Counted from the stretch's first letter, positions 52,391 to 61,210 are shown. The stretch is DNA of 64,000 nt from an uncultured Verrucomicrobia subdivision 3 bacterium (GCA_903917705.1 CAIXBQ010000103.1:36889-100888), one strand, 5' to 3'. Notes: generated by a model from the sequence alone, not told the origin. Made by a program: numbers and translations.

Positions 52391-52636
52391 GCCGGGGATG
52401 GCAAAGGCGCCGAAGCTGCGGTTCTTCGCTGTATTCAGTGGAATTGATCCTGGGAATGGTGGCAGCCTTCGGAAGGTCCCGGAGGGACCTTGGATATTAG
52501 CCGAGGGCAAGACCGCTTCAGCGGTTGCCGCCCCCGGTAACGGCCACCCATGGGTCAGCGTCCTGAAAGGGACGCCGGAACGAGCTGTCCACCAATCTTC
52601 CGCCGCCCCGCCGGGGCGGACTCCCAGGGTGGGCCA

Positions 52637-53074
52637 TCACGGTTTGCCGGCTTCCTTGGTGTAGGCGCTGAGCAGCTTGATATTGGCCTGCTTGGCCAGG
52701 TCCATCACGCTGACAATCTTGCCCCAGGGCGCCTGCTTGTCGGCGCGCACGGCCAGCTTCACTTCCTGACCGGTGGCCCGCGCCTTCTCGGCCTGGATGA
52801 GCAGCTGGTTGCGCAACTGCTCCAGGCTCATGGGCGTGCCGTCCGGACCAAACCGGAAGACGCCGTTGGCCTCGATGCTCACGACCATGGGCGGGTTTTC
52901 GTTGGCGCCGGACTTGAGGGCCTGGGTGGATTCGGGCAGCGCCAGCCGCAGCGACGGCTGCTGCTTGAACGTGGTGGTGACCAGCAGGAAGATCACCAGC
53001 ACGATGAGCACGTCGATCAGCGCCACGATGATGACGGCGGGCGCGGTGCGGCGTTTATGGACGAGAAACTTCAT
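52637..53074 (-). CDS. exbD: ExbD/TolR biopolymer transport protein
   Basis: Start taken at MKFLVHKRR. TM helix AVIIVALIDVLIVLVIFLLV followed by a periplasmic domain. Confidence 0.85.
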   Translation of the reverse strand: MKFLVHKRRTAPAVIIVALIDVLIVLVIFLLVTTTFKQQPSLRLALPESTQALKSGANENPPMVVSIEANGVFRFGPDGTPMSLEQLRNQLLIQAEKARATGQEVKLAVRADKQAPWGKIVSVMDLAKQANIKLLSAYTKEAGKP

Positions 53075-53664
53075 TTCCGTTCGCGGTATTGGCGGCGGAT
53101 GAATTCGTCGCACAAGGTTTCGAGCTCAACGGCGAGGACTTCGACCTTCTTGCTGTAGTAGCTCCAGAAGATGAGCGAGGGGATGGCGATGAGCAGGCCG
53201 ATGAGCGTGGCGTTCAGGATGAGGGCGATGCCCTTGGCCAGCCGCGCGGCGTCGCTCAACCCGCTTTGCCCGATGTCGCCGAACAGCGTCATCATGCCGG
53301 CGATGGTGCCGACGAGGCCGAGCAGCGGGGCGATGCCGACGATGATCTCCAGCACGACGAGGCCGCGCTCGAGCCGGACGATCTCATGGCGCGCGGCGGT
53401 TTCGAGCGAGTCCACGTTGTCGGCCTTGGGCCAGTCGAGATGGTCGGCGGCGAGCAGCAGGAGGCGGCCGAGGGGCGAGGCGTGATTCTGGCAGAGCTGG
53501 CGCAGGGCCTTGACGTCGTCCGCCGTGCGGCAGCCGGCGAGCGAACCGGCGATGGCCGGGGGCACGACCTTATTCCAGCGCAGCATCCAGCCGCGCCAGA
53601 GGACCACGCCCAGGCCGACCACGGAGGTCAGCGCGAGCAACGTATATACGACGGTAGTTTCCAT
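53071..53664 (-). CDS. exbB: MotA/TolQ/ExbB proton-channel protein
   Basis: Three TM helices. GIAPLLGLVGTIAGMM and ALILNATLIGLLIAIPSLIFW. Confidence 0.88.
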   Translation of the reverse strand: METTVVYTLLALTSVVGLGVVLWRGWMLRWNKVVPPAIAGSLAGCRTADDVKALRQLCQNHASPLGRLLLLAADHLDWPKADNVDSLETAARHEIVRLERGLVVLEIIVGIAPLLGLVGTIAGMMTLFGDIGQSGLSDAARLAKGIALILNATLIGLLIAIPSLIFWSYYSKKVEVLAVELETLCDEFIRRQYRERK

Positions 53665-53685
53665 AAATGCTTGGCCGGAGCCGGT

Positions 53686-54678
53686 TCAATAATAGTAAAA
53701 GGTGAAGGTGATTTCCCGAAAATTCGCGCCGATCATCCGCCGCATGTCGTCCGGCCATTTCTCAAAGGGCGCGGATTGCTGGATGGCTTCGGAGCAGACG
53801 TAGCCGAGCATTTCGCCGACGGTGTTTTCAAGGGTGTTCATCTCCTCGACGGAGCCGTCATATTTCAGCTTGAACCGCAGGATGACCTTGCCGGTGCGGT
53901 CCTGCGCGAAGTGCCGGCTGTCGAGCAGGTCATACCAGTGCTGGGTCACGGCCTCGACAATCTTCCGGTCGTAATCGCCGAACGCGGTGGCCTTGGCATC
54001 GAGCGAGGACCAGACCGCGTGCCGCCGCACGCCGCCGTCCTGCCGCATCTGCTGGCCGGGGAGCGATGGCTGCGCCATCGCCTCCTTCAACGTGCGCGGC
54101 CGCTTGGGCGCCGGCGGGTTCGGCGCCGGCTGCGGCTGCGACTGGCTGGCGGCGGTGCCGTCCGCCGGCTTGGACAGCTTCAAATCGCCGAGGTTCATCG
54201 CGGAGGAGAGATGCACGGGCTCGGCGGGCTTGACCTCCGGCGCGGGCTGCGGCGGCGGCGGGGTGGGCTGGAGTTTCGGCAGGCGCGGCACGTCCTCGGT
54301 CTTGGGCACGTCCCGCTGCTTGCCGGTCAGCTTGGGCTGGTTCGAGTCAACGGTGGTGTCGGGATTGGCGGCGCGGGAATTCTTATTGGAATAATACCGG
54401 GTCTGTTTGGGCGCGTCGGTTTCGGCGTGGGAGACGTCCACGAACGTGGCGGGTTCGGCGGTCTGGGCCACGAGCATGGTGGGCGCCGGCTGCTTCTCCG
54501 CCCGGTGCAGCCACGCGGGCGGATGGAGCTGCTGCCACCAGCCGAATTTCACGCCGGCTTCATAGCCCCCATAGGCGCCCAGATGCACGAGCAGCGACAG
54601 TAATAGCGCCGCCGTCAGCCGCCCGATTTCGAGCCGGCTGAAGCGCAGGGAACCAAGCCCGGTGTCATCGCGAACCAT
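53686..54678 (-). CDS. TonB-like energy transducer (TM anchor, Pro-rich spacer, C-terminal domain)
   Basis: TM helix LTAALLLSLLVHLGAYGG, Pro-rich KLQPTPPPPQPAPEVKPAEP / QPQPAPNPPAPKRP, and operon position before exbB-exbD. Confidence 0.65.
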   Translation of the reverse strand: MVRDDTGLGSLRFSRLEIGRLTAALLLSLLVHLGAYGGYEAGVKFGWWQQLHPPAWLHRAEKQPAPTMLVAQTAEPATFVDVSHAETDAPKQTRYYSNKNSRAANPDTTVDSNQPKLTGKQRDVPKTEDVPRLPKLQPTPPPPQPAPEVKPAEPVHLSSAMNLGDLKLSKPADGTAASQSQPQPAPNPPAPKRPRTLKEAMAQPSLPGQQMRQDGGVRRHAVWSSLDAKATAFGDYDRKIVEAVTQHWYDLLDSRHFAQDRTGKVILRFKLKYDGSVEEMNTLENTVGEMLGYVCSEAIQQSAPFEKWPDDMRRMIGANFREITFTFYYY

Positions 54679-54772
54679 GAATGGTTATCTTGCCTCACCC
54701 CTGCGGACGGGGCAACTGCTAGATTTTTATTTGGCGGAAGCCGGGCTTATGTTACGTTCTGATTATCGCCTT

Positions 54773-55021
54773 ATGTCTCATACCGCACATGCCACCGCCG
54801 ACTATATTGTCGTGGTCAGCAATGAAGATGATTACCACACGGGATTCCACCATTTCGCCGACAAGGTGAACCGCAAGCTCAAGGCCGGCTACCAGCTCCA
54901 CGGCCAGCCGTTCAACATCAATCACATACTCTGCCAGGCCATGGTGCGGTCGGAAGGCCCGTCCACGGTCGGTGACACGGCCATTTTTTATCACCAGGCG
55001 CCCGTCGCACACCATTCCTGA
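54773..55021 (+). CDS. Small hypothetical protein (82 aa)
   Basis: ORF with protein-like composition (MSHTAHATADYIVVVSNEDDYHTGFHHFADKVNRKLKAGYQLHG..). No family assignment that I can support. Confidence 0.4.
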   Translation: MSHTAHATADYIVVVSNEDDYHTGFHHFADKVNRKLKAGYQLHGQPFNINHILCQAMVRSEGPSTVGDTAIFYHQAPVAHHS

Positions 55022-55084
55022 CGGTTGGCGGCCCGGCGGAATTTCCCGCCTTGCAGTTTGGCGGCGATTTGATTTCATCGCGCC

Positions 55085-55846
55085 ATGCCGAAAACATCCC
55101 TCGCCGCCATCGTCAGCCACTGCGACCAGATTCTGCGCACCCGGGAAACCGGCGACTACGACGGCGCGGTCAACGGCCTGCAGATGGAAAATGCCGGCAC
55201 GGTCACGCGGATCGCCGCCACCGTGGATGCCAGCCTGGCCACCGTGCAGCTCGCCATCGCCGCGAAAGCCGACCTGCTCATCGTCCACCACGGCCTGTTC
55301 TGGTCGCCCGCGCAGCCGTGGACCGGCCGGAAATACGAGCTGGTCCGGCTGCTGGTGGAAAACAACCTGGCGGTTTACAGCTCGCATCTGCCGCTCGACG
55401 CGCATCCCCGGCTCGGCAATAACGCGCTGCTCGCCGCCGCGCTCGGTCTGAAACCCTTGAAGCCCTTCTTCGAGAGCCACGGCCAGCCCATCGGCTGGCA
55501 GGCGCGCCGGAAGATTTCCCGGGCGGCGCTGGCCCAAAAAGTGGAGCGCGCGACCGGGGCGAAAACATTGCTGATTCCCGGCGGCCGGGAAATGTGCGAC
55601 CGCATCGGCATCGTCACCGGCGGCGCGGGCGGCGACTTGAAGCTGGCGGCGGCGGCCGGCGTGGACACCTTCATCACCGGCGAAGGCCCGCACTGGACGT
55701 ACGCGCTGGCGGAGGAGCTGGGGATGAATGTCATTTACGGCGGCCACTACGCCACGGAAACCTTCGGCGTGAAGGCGCTGGCGGCGGCGCTGGCGAAAAA
55801 ATTCAGGCTGCCGTGGGAATTTCTGGATCACCCGACGGGATTGTAA
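55085..55846 (+). CDS. Nif3-like dinuclear metal centre protein (GTP cyclohydrolase 1 type 2 homologue)
   Basis: LIVHHGLFW, YSSHLPLDAHP and GGHYATE motifs. Confidence 0.85.
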   Translation: MPKTSLAAIVSHCDQILRTRETGDYDGAVNGLQMENAGTVTRIAATVDASLATVQLAIAAKADLLIVHHGLFWSPAQPWTGRKYELVRLLVENNLAVYSSHLPLDAHPRLGNNALLAAALGLKPLKPFFESHGQPIGWQARRKISRAALAQKVERATGAKTLLIPGGREMCDRIGIVTGGAGGDLKLAAAAGVDTFITGEGPHWTYALAEELGMNVIYGGHYATETFGVKALAAALAKKFRLPWEFLDHPTGL

Positions 55847-56760
55847 AACTTCACGAACCGGTCCCAGGCTTTTTTTTCGCTCCACCCGGGCGCGAGCCGG
55901 GCGGCGGGCTCGGTGTTGACCCGGAACCGCGGCTCACTGAAAACCTCCTGCTTTGACAGTTTCACGTCGCAAACCCAGCCGGTGCGGGCGCTCACCTCGC
56001 GCGCGATGCGCTGCGCAAATTCGCCCTGGCTTTCGCGGTAGCCGGCGGGATTGAGTTTGAGACTTCCAGTTTTATCGGCGGCGGCATCCCCGGCGAACTT
56101 CGCGTAGGCCAGCGCCAGCAAATCCACATGGATATTGTCCCGGACGTAGTCGGGCGTCATCACTCCGGCAACTTTGCCGTCCCGCCAGCTTTGCATCAGG
56201 TGCCCCGTGAAGCGCGGTTCTTCCAGCGGCCCGAACGGATTCGGCAGGACGAATTTCCCGAGCGTCACGGCGGCCTTGCGGCAGTGCCGCTGGAAGGCCT
56301 GAAAGGTCAGCGCCTTGGACTGGCTGTAGGGCGAAAACGCCCGGAGCGGCTCGTCGCCCGCGCCCTCGTCCGGCTCAAAATAGGTGCCGGTCAGCACGAC
56401 GGCTTTCAACCCGTTCGATCGCAGGGCCGCCAGCACGCGGGGCAGGTTATGCGTGTTGTTCCGGAGCGCGGCGGCGGCATCGAAGTCCGGGCTTTTGTAA
56501 TTGGTCACGTCCGCGCCGTGGTGGCAGAGCAGGTCGAAGGATTCCCCGCCCGCCAGCCTGAGGAAATCCTCCGAGCCGAACGGGGCCCGGGGCACAAAGC
56601 GGCAGAGCGGCTTCAGCAGCCGGACCCGCTGCTGGCGCGTGCCGGTGTAGGCGGCCAGATCCCCGGTGATCGGGCAAACAAGCTCATGCCCGGCGGCGGC
56701 CAGCTTTTTGACGAACCAAAATCCAGTGAACGAGCTTGCGCCGGTGAAAAGGATTTTCAT
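55828..56760 (-). CDS. NAD-dependent epimerase/dehydratase-family reductase (candidate CDP-dideoxyhexose 4-reductase)
   Basis: MKILFTGASSFTGFWF Rossmann N-terminus, PYSQSKALT catalytic region, and position at the end of the ddh operon. Confidence 0.65.
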   Translation of the reverse strand: MKILFTGASSFTGFWFVKKLAAAGHELVCPITGDLAAYTGTRQQRVRLLKPLCRFVPRAPFGSEDFLRLAGGESFDLLCHHGADVTNYKSPDFDAAAALRNNTHNLPRVLAALRSNGLKAVVLTGTYFEPDEGAGDEPLRAFSPYSQSKALTFQAFQRHCRKAAVTLGKFVLPNPFGPLEEPRFTGHLMQSWRDGKVAGVMTPDYVRDNIHVDLLALAYAKFAGDAAADKTGSLKLNPAGYRESQGEFAQRIAREVSARTGWVCDVKLSKQEVFSEPRFRVNTEPAARLAPGWSEKKAWDRFVKFYNPVG

Positions 56761-56766
56761 GCGACT

Positions 56767-57303
56767 TCAAAACGGCGAGGCGAAATCGCGGAGCGCGGGG
56801 AATCGGGTGTCGCGCGCAGACAGGACGGGGTTCGTCACCGGCCAGTCGAAACCGAAGCTGTCCCAGCGCACCCCGGCGTCGTGCGCCGGCGAATGGACGG
56901 AGCTGGTCTGATAAACCATCGTCGCGCCGTCCGCCAGCGCCAGGAAGCCGTGGGCGAAACCGGCGGGGATGAAAAACATTTCGCGGTTGGCGGCGCTTAA
57001 TTCGCGCGCGCAACTGCGGCCGAACGACGGGGAATTTTTCCGCAGGTCCAGCACGACATCCAGGACGCTGCCGGCGATGCAATAAACCAGCTTCGCATGG
57101 GCGGCCGGCGGCAGTTGGAAGTGCATCCCGCGCAAGACGCCTTTCGCCGAGGTGGAGAAAAATTCCTCGCGCGGCTCGAAGTCCAGGCCGCGTTCGCGAA
57201 ACCGGTCGCGGTGAAAGGTTTTGACGAAGCTGCCGCGCCCGTCCCGGAATATGGGGGGACGGATCAGTTGCAGGCCGGGCAGTTCAGTCGGGACGAGTTC
57301 CAT
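56767..57303 (-). CDS. RmlC-family NDP-4-keto-6-deoxyhexose 3,5- (or 5-) epimerase
   Basis: FRDGRGSFVKTF, LRGMHFQ, KLVYCIAGSVLDVVLDLR and FIPAGFAHGF. Confidence 0.8.
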   Translation of the reverse strand: MELVPTELPGLQLIRPPIFRDGRGSFVKTFHRDRFRERGLDFEPREEFFSTSAKGVLRGMHFQLPPAAHAKLVYCIAGSVLDVVLDLRKNSPSFGRSCARELSAANREMFFIPAGFAHGFLALADGATMVYQTSSVHSPAHDAGVRWDSFGFDWPVTNPVLSARDTRFPALRDFASPF

Positions 57304-57306
57304 GCG

Positions 57307-58716
57307 TCAATGGCTTTTAACGAAGCGGCGGATGGTGTCCACCATGTAATCCAGCATGGCCGGCGTCAGGCCGGGATAAGTGCCCACGAACACCGCCTCG
57401 TTCATGATACGATCCGCCCCGGCCAGGTCGCCGACAACGCGAAAGGCGCCGGGCGACTGCCGCCGCAGGGTGACGAACGCCGGCTGGCGGACCAGATTGC
57501 CGCCGAACAGCATCCGGTTGCCAATCTTCGCCCCGTCGAGGTGTTTGACGAATTCGGTGCGCGTGAACGGCGCGCTGCTTCTGACGAGCATCATGAAGCC
57601 GAACCAGGAGCACTCCGTCCGGTGGCCGGACGGATCCCAAGTAAAACCCTGCGGCGACCAGGCGGTGGCGTGCGTCGGCAGCTGGAACTGGAAAAATTCC
57701 TCCAGTCCGGCGAGCGCCGCGCGGAGATAATCCCAGTTGTCCATGCGCGCCTGGATGAACGCGGGCAACTTCTTCAACTGCTGCCGGCCAATCGCCGCCT
57801 GCGGGTCGAGCGGCTTCAGGTTGTAGCCGAGATGCGAATAAATGTATTTGTGGTCGTAGCCGGCGGGCAGTTCGCCGAGCTGCCAGCCGAAGCGCTTGTG
57901 GCAGGTGTCGTCCTTGCCGCTCGGACACCAGCAGTCGCGGCCCCAGTCGCGGAAACTTTCGGCCAGCACCTTCAATTTCATGTCGCGCACCACGTTCACC
58001 GCGCCGCCTTCGCCCATCGTGAGGTGATGCGGCGGATAAAAGCTCTGCGTGGAAAGGTCGCCGAACGTGCCGGTGAATTTCCCGTCATAGCGGCAGCCGA
58101 GCGCGTCGCAGTTGTCCTCGATCAGCCAGAGGTTGTGCCGGCGGCAAAAATCCGTGGTGGCCGCGAGATCGAAAGGGTTGCCGAGCGTGTGCGCCATCAT
58201 CACGGCCTTGGTTTTGCCGGGCGCGAAAGCGGCGGCCAGCTGGTCGGCGCGGCCGTTCAGCGTGGCCGGGTCGTTGTCGATGAACACCGGCACGCAGCCG
58301 CTCTGTAAAATCGGCGCGACGGTCGTGGGAAAACCGGCGGCGACCGTGATGACCTCGTCGCCGGGGCGGAGCTGGCGGTCACCGAGCTTCGGGCTGGTGA
58401 GCGCGGCCAGGGCGACGAGATTGGCGGAGGAGCCGGAGTTGACGAGGATGGATTTTTTGACGCCGAGCAGCGCGGCGAGCTCGGTTTCAAAGGCGTCGCC
58501 TTCGGGGCCGAGCGTCAGCCAGAAATCCAGCGTGGCGGAAACGGCGGCCTCCACTTCGTCTTCGGTGAACACGCGGCCCGCATAAGGCACGGTGGTCTGG
58601 CCGGGGACAAAGGCGGGGCGCCGGGGATCCGCGCCGGGCCGGTTGGCGGCGTGGGTGGCGGCGGAGAACTCGCGGGTGAGGCGGAGGATTTCGGCTTTGA
58701 TTTCAGCGGGATTCAT
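57307..58716 (-). CDS. ddhC: CDP-6-deoxy-L-threo-D-glycero-4-hexulose-3-dehydrase (E1, RfbH/DdhC)
   Basis: Near end-to-end resemblance to Rfb[15 protein letters not shown] has His where aminotransferases carry the PLP Lys (nt 58027-58029). The Fe-S motif C-x-C-x7-[13 protein letters not shown], lies at nt 57901-57933. Confidence 0.88.
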   Translation of the reverse strand: MNPAEIKAEILRLTREFSAATHAANRPGADPRRPAFVPGQTTVPYAGRVFTEDEVEAAVSATLDFWLTLGPEGDAFETELAALLGVKKSILVNSGSSANLVALAALTSPKLGDRQLRPGDEVITVAAGFPTTVAPILQSGCVPVFIDNDPATLNGRADQLAAAFAPGKTKAVMMAHTLGNPFDLAATTDFCRRHNLWLIEDNCDALGCRYDGKFTGTFGDLSTQSFYPPHHLTMGEGGAVNVVRDMKLKVLAESFRDWGRDCWCPSGKDDTCHKRFGWQLGELPAGYDHKYIYSHLGYNLKPLDPQAAIGRQQLKKLPAFIQARMDNWDYLRAALAGLEEFFQFQLPTHATAWSPQGFTWDPSGHRTECSWFGFMMLVRSSAPFTRTEFVKHLDGAKIGNRMLFGGNLVRQPAFVTLRRQSPGAFRVVGDLAGADRIMNEAVFVGTYPGLTPAMLDYMVDTIRRFVKSH

Positions 58717-58733
58717 TTTATCAGGGAAATTTT

Positions 58734-58816
58734 ACCATGAAGGGCATGGAGGATATGAAGGGTTTTTAAGGGATTTTTCCAGCTTTAGGCTTCAGGTTCC
58801 TCATGTTCTTCATGGT
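58734..58816. repeat. Left hairpin of the GxxExxY cassette (ACCATGAAG...CTTCATGGT)
   Basis: Arm ACCATGAAGGGCATGGAGGATATGAAGG (58734-61) and arm CCTCATGTTCTTCATGGT (58799-816). Confidence 0.8.
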
Positions 58817-58819
58817 GGA

Positions 58820-59194
58820 TTAATTCAAGAAACTCCTCAAACCATCCTTGAGCAACCGGACGTTGAAGTTGATCAGCAAACCCTGTTTGAGTTTTGCCAG
58901 CTTGAGATAGCTGATGATCTGGGCTTCGTGGATGGGATGGACTTCATCCACGCTCTTGAGTTCCAGCAAAAGGGAATCCGCCACAACCATGTCCATGCGA
59001 TAGGCGCAGTCAATCGTCATGCCCTTGTATTCAAAAGTGAGCGGAGCCTGCCGGCGGAAGGGGGTGTTGCAAAGTTCCAGTTCCCGGCACAGGCAGGCCT
59101 CATAGGCCGACTCCAAGAGTCCGGGGCCAAGGACCTTGTGAACTTCAATGGCAGCACCGATAACCTGGGAAACCAGCGGATTATCTTTTAACAT
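58820..59194 (-). CDS. GxxExxY-family protein (PD-(D/E)XK-like fold)
   Basis: LGPGLLESAYEACL is the GxxExxY motif; 124 aa, the typical family size. Confidence 0.85.
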   Translation of the reverse strand: MLKDNPLVSQVIGAAIEVHKVLGPGLLESAYEACLCRELELCNTPFRRQAPLTFEYKGMTIDCAYRMDMVVADSLLLELKSVDEVHPIHEAQIISYLKLAKLKQGLLINFNVRLLKDGLRSFLN

Positions 59195-59206
59195 AAAACG
59201 GATTTA

Positions 59207-59299
59207 ACCATGAAGAACATGGAGGACATGAAGAAATTACCTGAGTGATTCTGGAAAGCCCGTTTTCCCTACCTTCATGTGCTTCATGCTCTTCATGGT
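59207..59299. repeat. Right hairpin of the GxxExxY cassette (27-nt arms, 24/27 complementary)
   Basis: ACCATGAAGAACATGGAGGACATGAAG (59207-33) pairs with CTTCATGTGCTTCATGCTCTTCATGGT (59273-99). Confidence 0.85.
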
Positions 59300-59305
59300 A
59301 ATGTT

Positions 59306-60409
59306 TCAGTCCGCGGCCCACGCGATGCGCGCGGCGCGGGCGGCAGCCTCGTATTCGGCAATCTGGTGGAGGGTCAGGCTTTCAGCCGTTGCCGGGCGAT
59401 CGTTCACACCGCGATACCAGGCCACGGTGCGGGCGATGGCGGTCTCAAATTGCCACGTCGGCTGCCAACGCAGAATCTTTTTGGCCTTGGCGGTCGAGAG
59501 CATGAGCAGTTTTGCCTCGTGCAGCGCGTGCGGATCGCTCCGGTCTTCCCACCGGCCCGGCCAGCTTTTCAAAACTTCGCGGACGAGGTCGCCGACGTTG
59601 CGGTTGGCCTCTTTTTCCGGGCCGAAGTTGAACGCGGTCAGCAGGTCGCCAGCCTCGGCGGCCACCAGTTCCGGCTGCGCGAGCGCCGCGGCCAGCCAGA
59701 GATAACCGCTCAAGGGCTCGAGGACATGCTGCCACGGGCGCGTGGCGGCAGGATTCCGGATGGGAATCGCCGCGTCGCGCTGCAGGGCGCGGATGCAGTC
59801 GGGCACAATCCGGTCGAGCGCCCAGTCGCCGCCGCCAATGACGTTGCCCGCGCGGGCGCTGGCGATGCGGACGGGCGACCGGCCGAAGAAGGAGCGGCGA
59901 TAAGCGCTGGTGACGATTTCCGCGGCGCCTTTGCTGGAACTGTAAGGATCATGGCCGCCGAGGTGATCCTCCTCGGCGTAAGCGTAATCCCGCTCGCGGT
60001 TCTCGTAGCATTTGTCGGTGGTGACAATGACGGCGGCGCAGGGTTTTTCCAGCGAGCGCAAGGCCTCCAGGACGTGCGCGGTGCCCATGACGTTCGTGGC
60101 GTAAGTCTCCAGCGGGTGTTCGTACGAATAACGGACGAGCGCCTGGGCGGCGAGGTGAAAGATAAAATCCGGCTGGACGCGGAGGATCGACTGTTGCACC
60201 GCGCCGGCATCGCGCACGTCGGCGATTTCGTGGCCGATGGTTGAGGCCAGGCCGAGCTGTTCAAAAACCGACGGCGTGGTGGCCGGCGGCCGGGCGAAGC
60301 CATGGACGCGGGCGCCAAGCCGGACGAGCCAGCGCGCGAGCCACGCGCCCTTGAATCCGGTGTGGCCGGAGAGCCAGATGGTTTTGCCCTGAAAGAGGTT
60401 GGCGAACAT
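59306..60409 (-). CDS. ddhB: CDP-glucose 4,6-dehydratase
   Basis: GKTIWLSGHTGFKGAWLARWL and DPYSSSKGAAE. Confidence 0.9.
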   Translation of the reverse strand: MFANLFQGKTIWLSGHTGFKGAWLARWLVRLGARVHGFARPPATTPSVFEQLGLASTIGHEIADVRDAGAVQQSILRVQPDFIFHLAAQALVRYSYEHPLETYATNVMGTAHVLEALRSLEKPCAAVIVTTDKCYENRERDYAYAEEDHLGGHDPYSSSKGAAEIVTSAYRRSFFGRSPVRIASARAGNVIGGGDWALDRIVPDCIRALQRDAAIPIRNPAATRPWQHVLEPLSGYLWLAAALAQPELVAAEAGDLLTAFNFGPEKEANRNVGDLVREVLKSWPGRWEDRSDPHALHEAKLLMLSTAKAKKILRWQPTWQFETAIARTVAWYRGVNDRPATAESLTLHQIAEYEAAARAARIAWAAD

Positions 60410-60418
60410 CGGGAAGGT

Positions 60419-61210
60419 TTATTTGAGCCACGGCGCCTGGCCGGATTCGGCGAGCTGGGTGAGATAGTCCCGGTCGCGCTGGGTGTCCATGCAGCCCCAG
60501 AAACCCTGGTGCTTGTGCATGTTCAACTGGCCGTCGCGCGCCAGTTGCACGAGCGGGCCGCGCTCGAGGACGCAACCTTCATCCTCCGGCAGCCGCTTGA
60601 GAAAATCGCGGTGGAAGAAAAAGAAGCCGCCATTGATCCAGTGACCTTCGAGGTCGGGCTTCTCGGCGAATTCAACCACCCGGTTGCCATCCACCTTGAT
60701 TTCGCCGAAGCGCGACGGCGGGCAGACGCCGAGGACGGTGCCGAGTTTCCGTTCCGCGAGGTGGTGGCGGAATTCATCCGCAAGGTTGGCATCGGTCAGG
60801 CCGTCGCCGTAGGTCACGGCAAAATGTTCCGCGGCGCCGAGGTATTTGCGGGCGGCCTGGGCGACGCGGCTGCCGGTCATGTTTTTTTCGCCGGTGAAGG
60901 CGAGCGTGACTTCCCAGTCCAGCGCGTGCTGGTGTTCGTGAACGGTGACCTGGTTGGTCTTGAGATTGATGGTGGTATCGGCATTGCGGAGGTGGAAATT
61001 ACTGAAATAATCCTTCACCACATCGGCCTTGAAACCGAGACAGAGCACAAAGCGGCGAAAACCGTGCCGCGCATAGCTCTGCATGACGTGCCAGAGGATC
61101 GGATGTTCGCCGATGGGGACCATGGGTTTGGGGCGAAACTCGGTTTCTTCCTTGAGCCGCGTGCCGAGGCCGCCGCACAGGATGAAGACGGGAATGTCCG
61201 TTGTGTTCAT
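60419..61210 (-). CDS. ddhA: Glucose-1-phosphate cytidylyltransferase
   Basis: Start taken at MNTTDIPVFILCGGLGTRLKEETEFRPKPMVPIGEHPILWHVM (the ORF track extends to 61240). Confidence 0.9.
   Translation of the reverse strand: MNTTDIPVFILCGGLGTRLKEETEFRPKPMVPIGEHPILWHVMQSYARHGFRRFVLCLGFKADVVKDYFSNFHLRNADTTINLKTNQVTVHEHQHALDWEVTLAFTGEKNMTGSRVAQAARKYLGAAEHFAVTYGDGLTDANLADEFRHHLAERKLGTVLGVCPPSRFGEIKVDGNRVVEFAEKPDLEGHWINGGFFFFHRDFLKRLPEDEGCVLERGPLVQLARDGQLNMHKHQGFWGCMDTQRDRDYLTQLAESGQAPWLK

Noticed and set aside
52391-52636. RNase P RNA, tmRNA or SRP RNA
   Set aside because: The region is too short for RNase P and lacks the GAGGAAAGTCC-type core. It has no tmRNA tag ORF or tRNA-like ends, and no SRP GGAAG..AGCAG helix-8 motif.
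53089-54603. 504-aa ORF antisense to exbB and the tonB-like gene
   Set aside because: It is a shadow ORF with G/R/A-rich composition. The opposite strand carries MotA/ExbB motifs and forms a coherent tonB-exbB-exbD operon.
54752-55885. 377-aa ORF antisense to the NIF3-like gene
   Set aside because: It is a shadow ORF. The plus strand has the NIF3 HHG and HLPLDAHP motifs.
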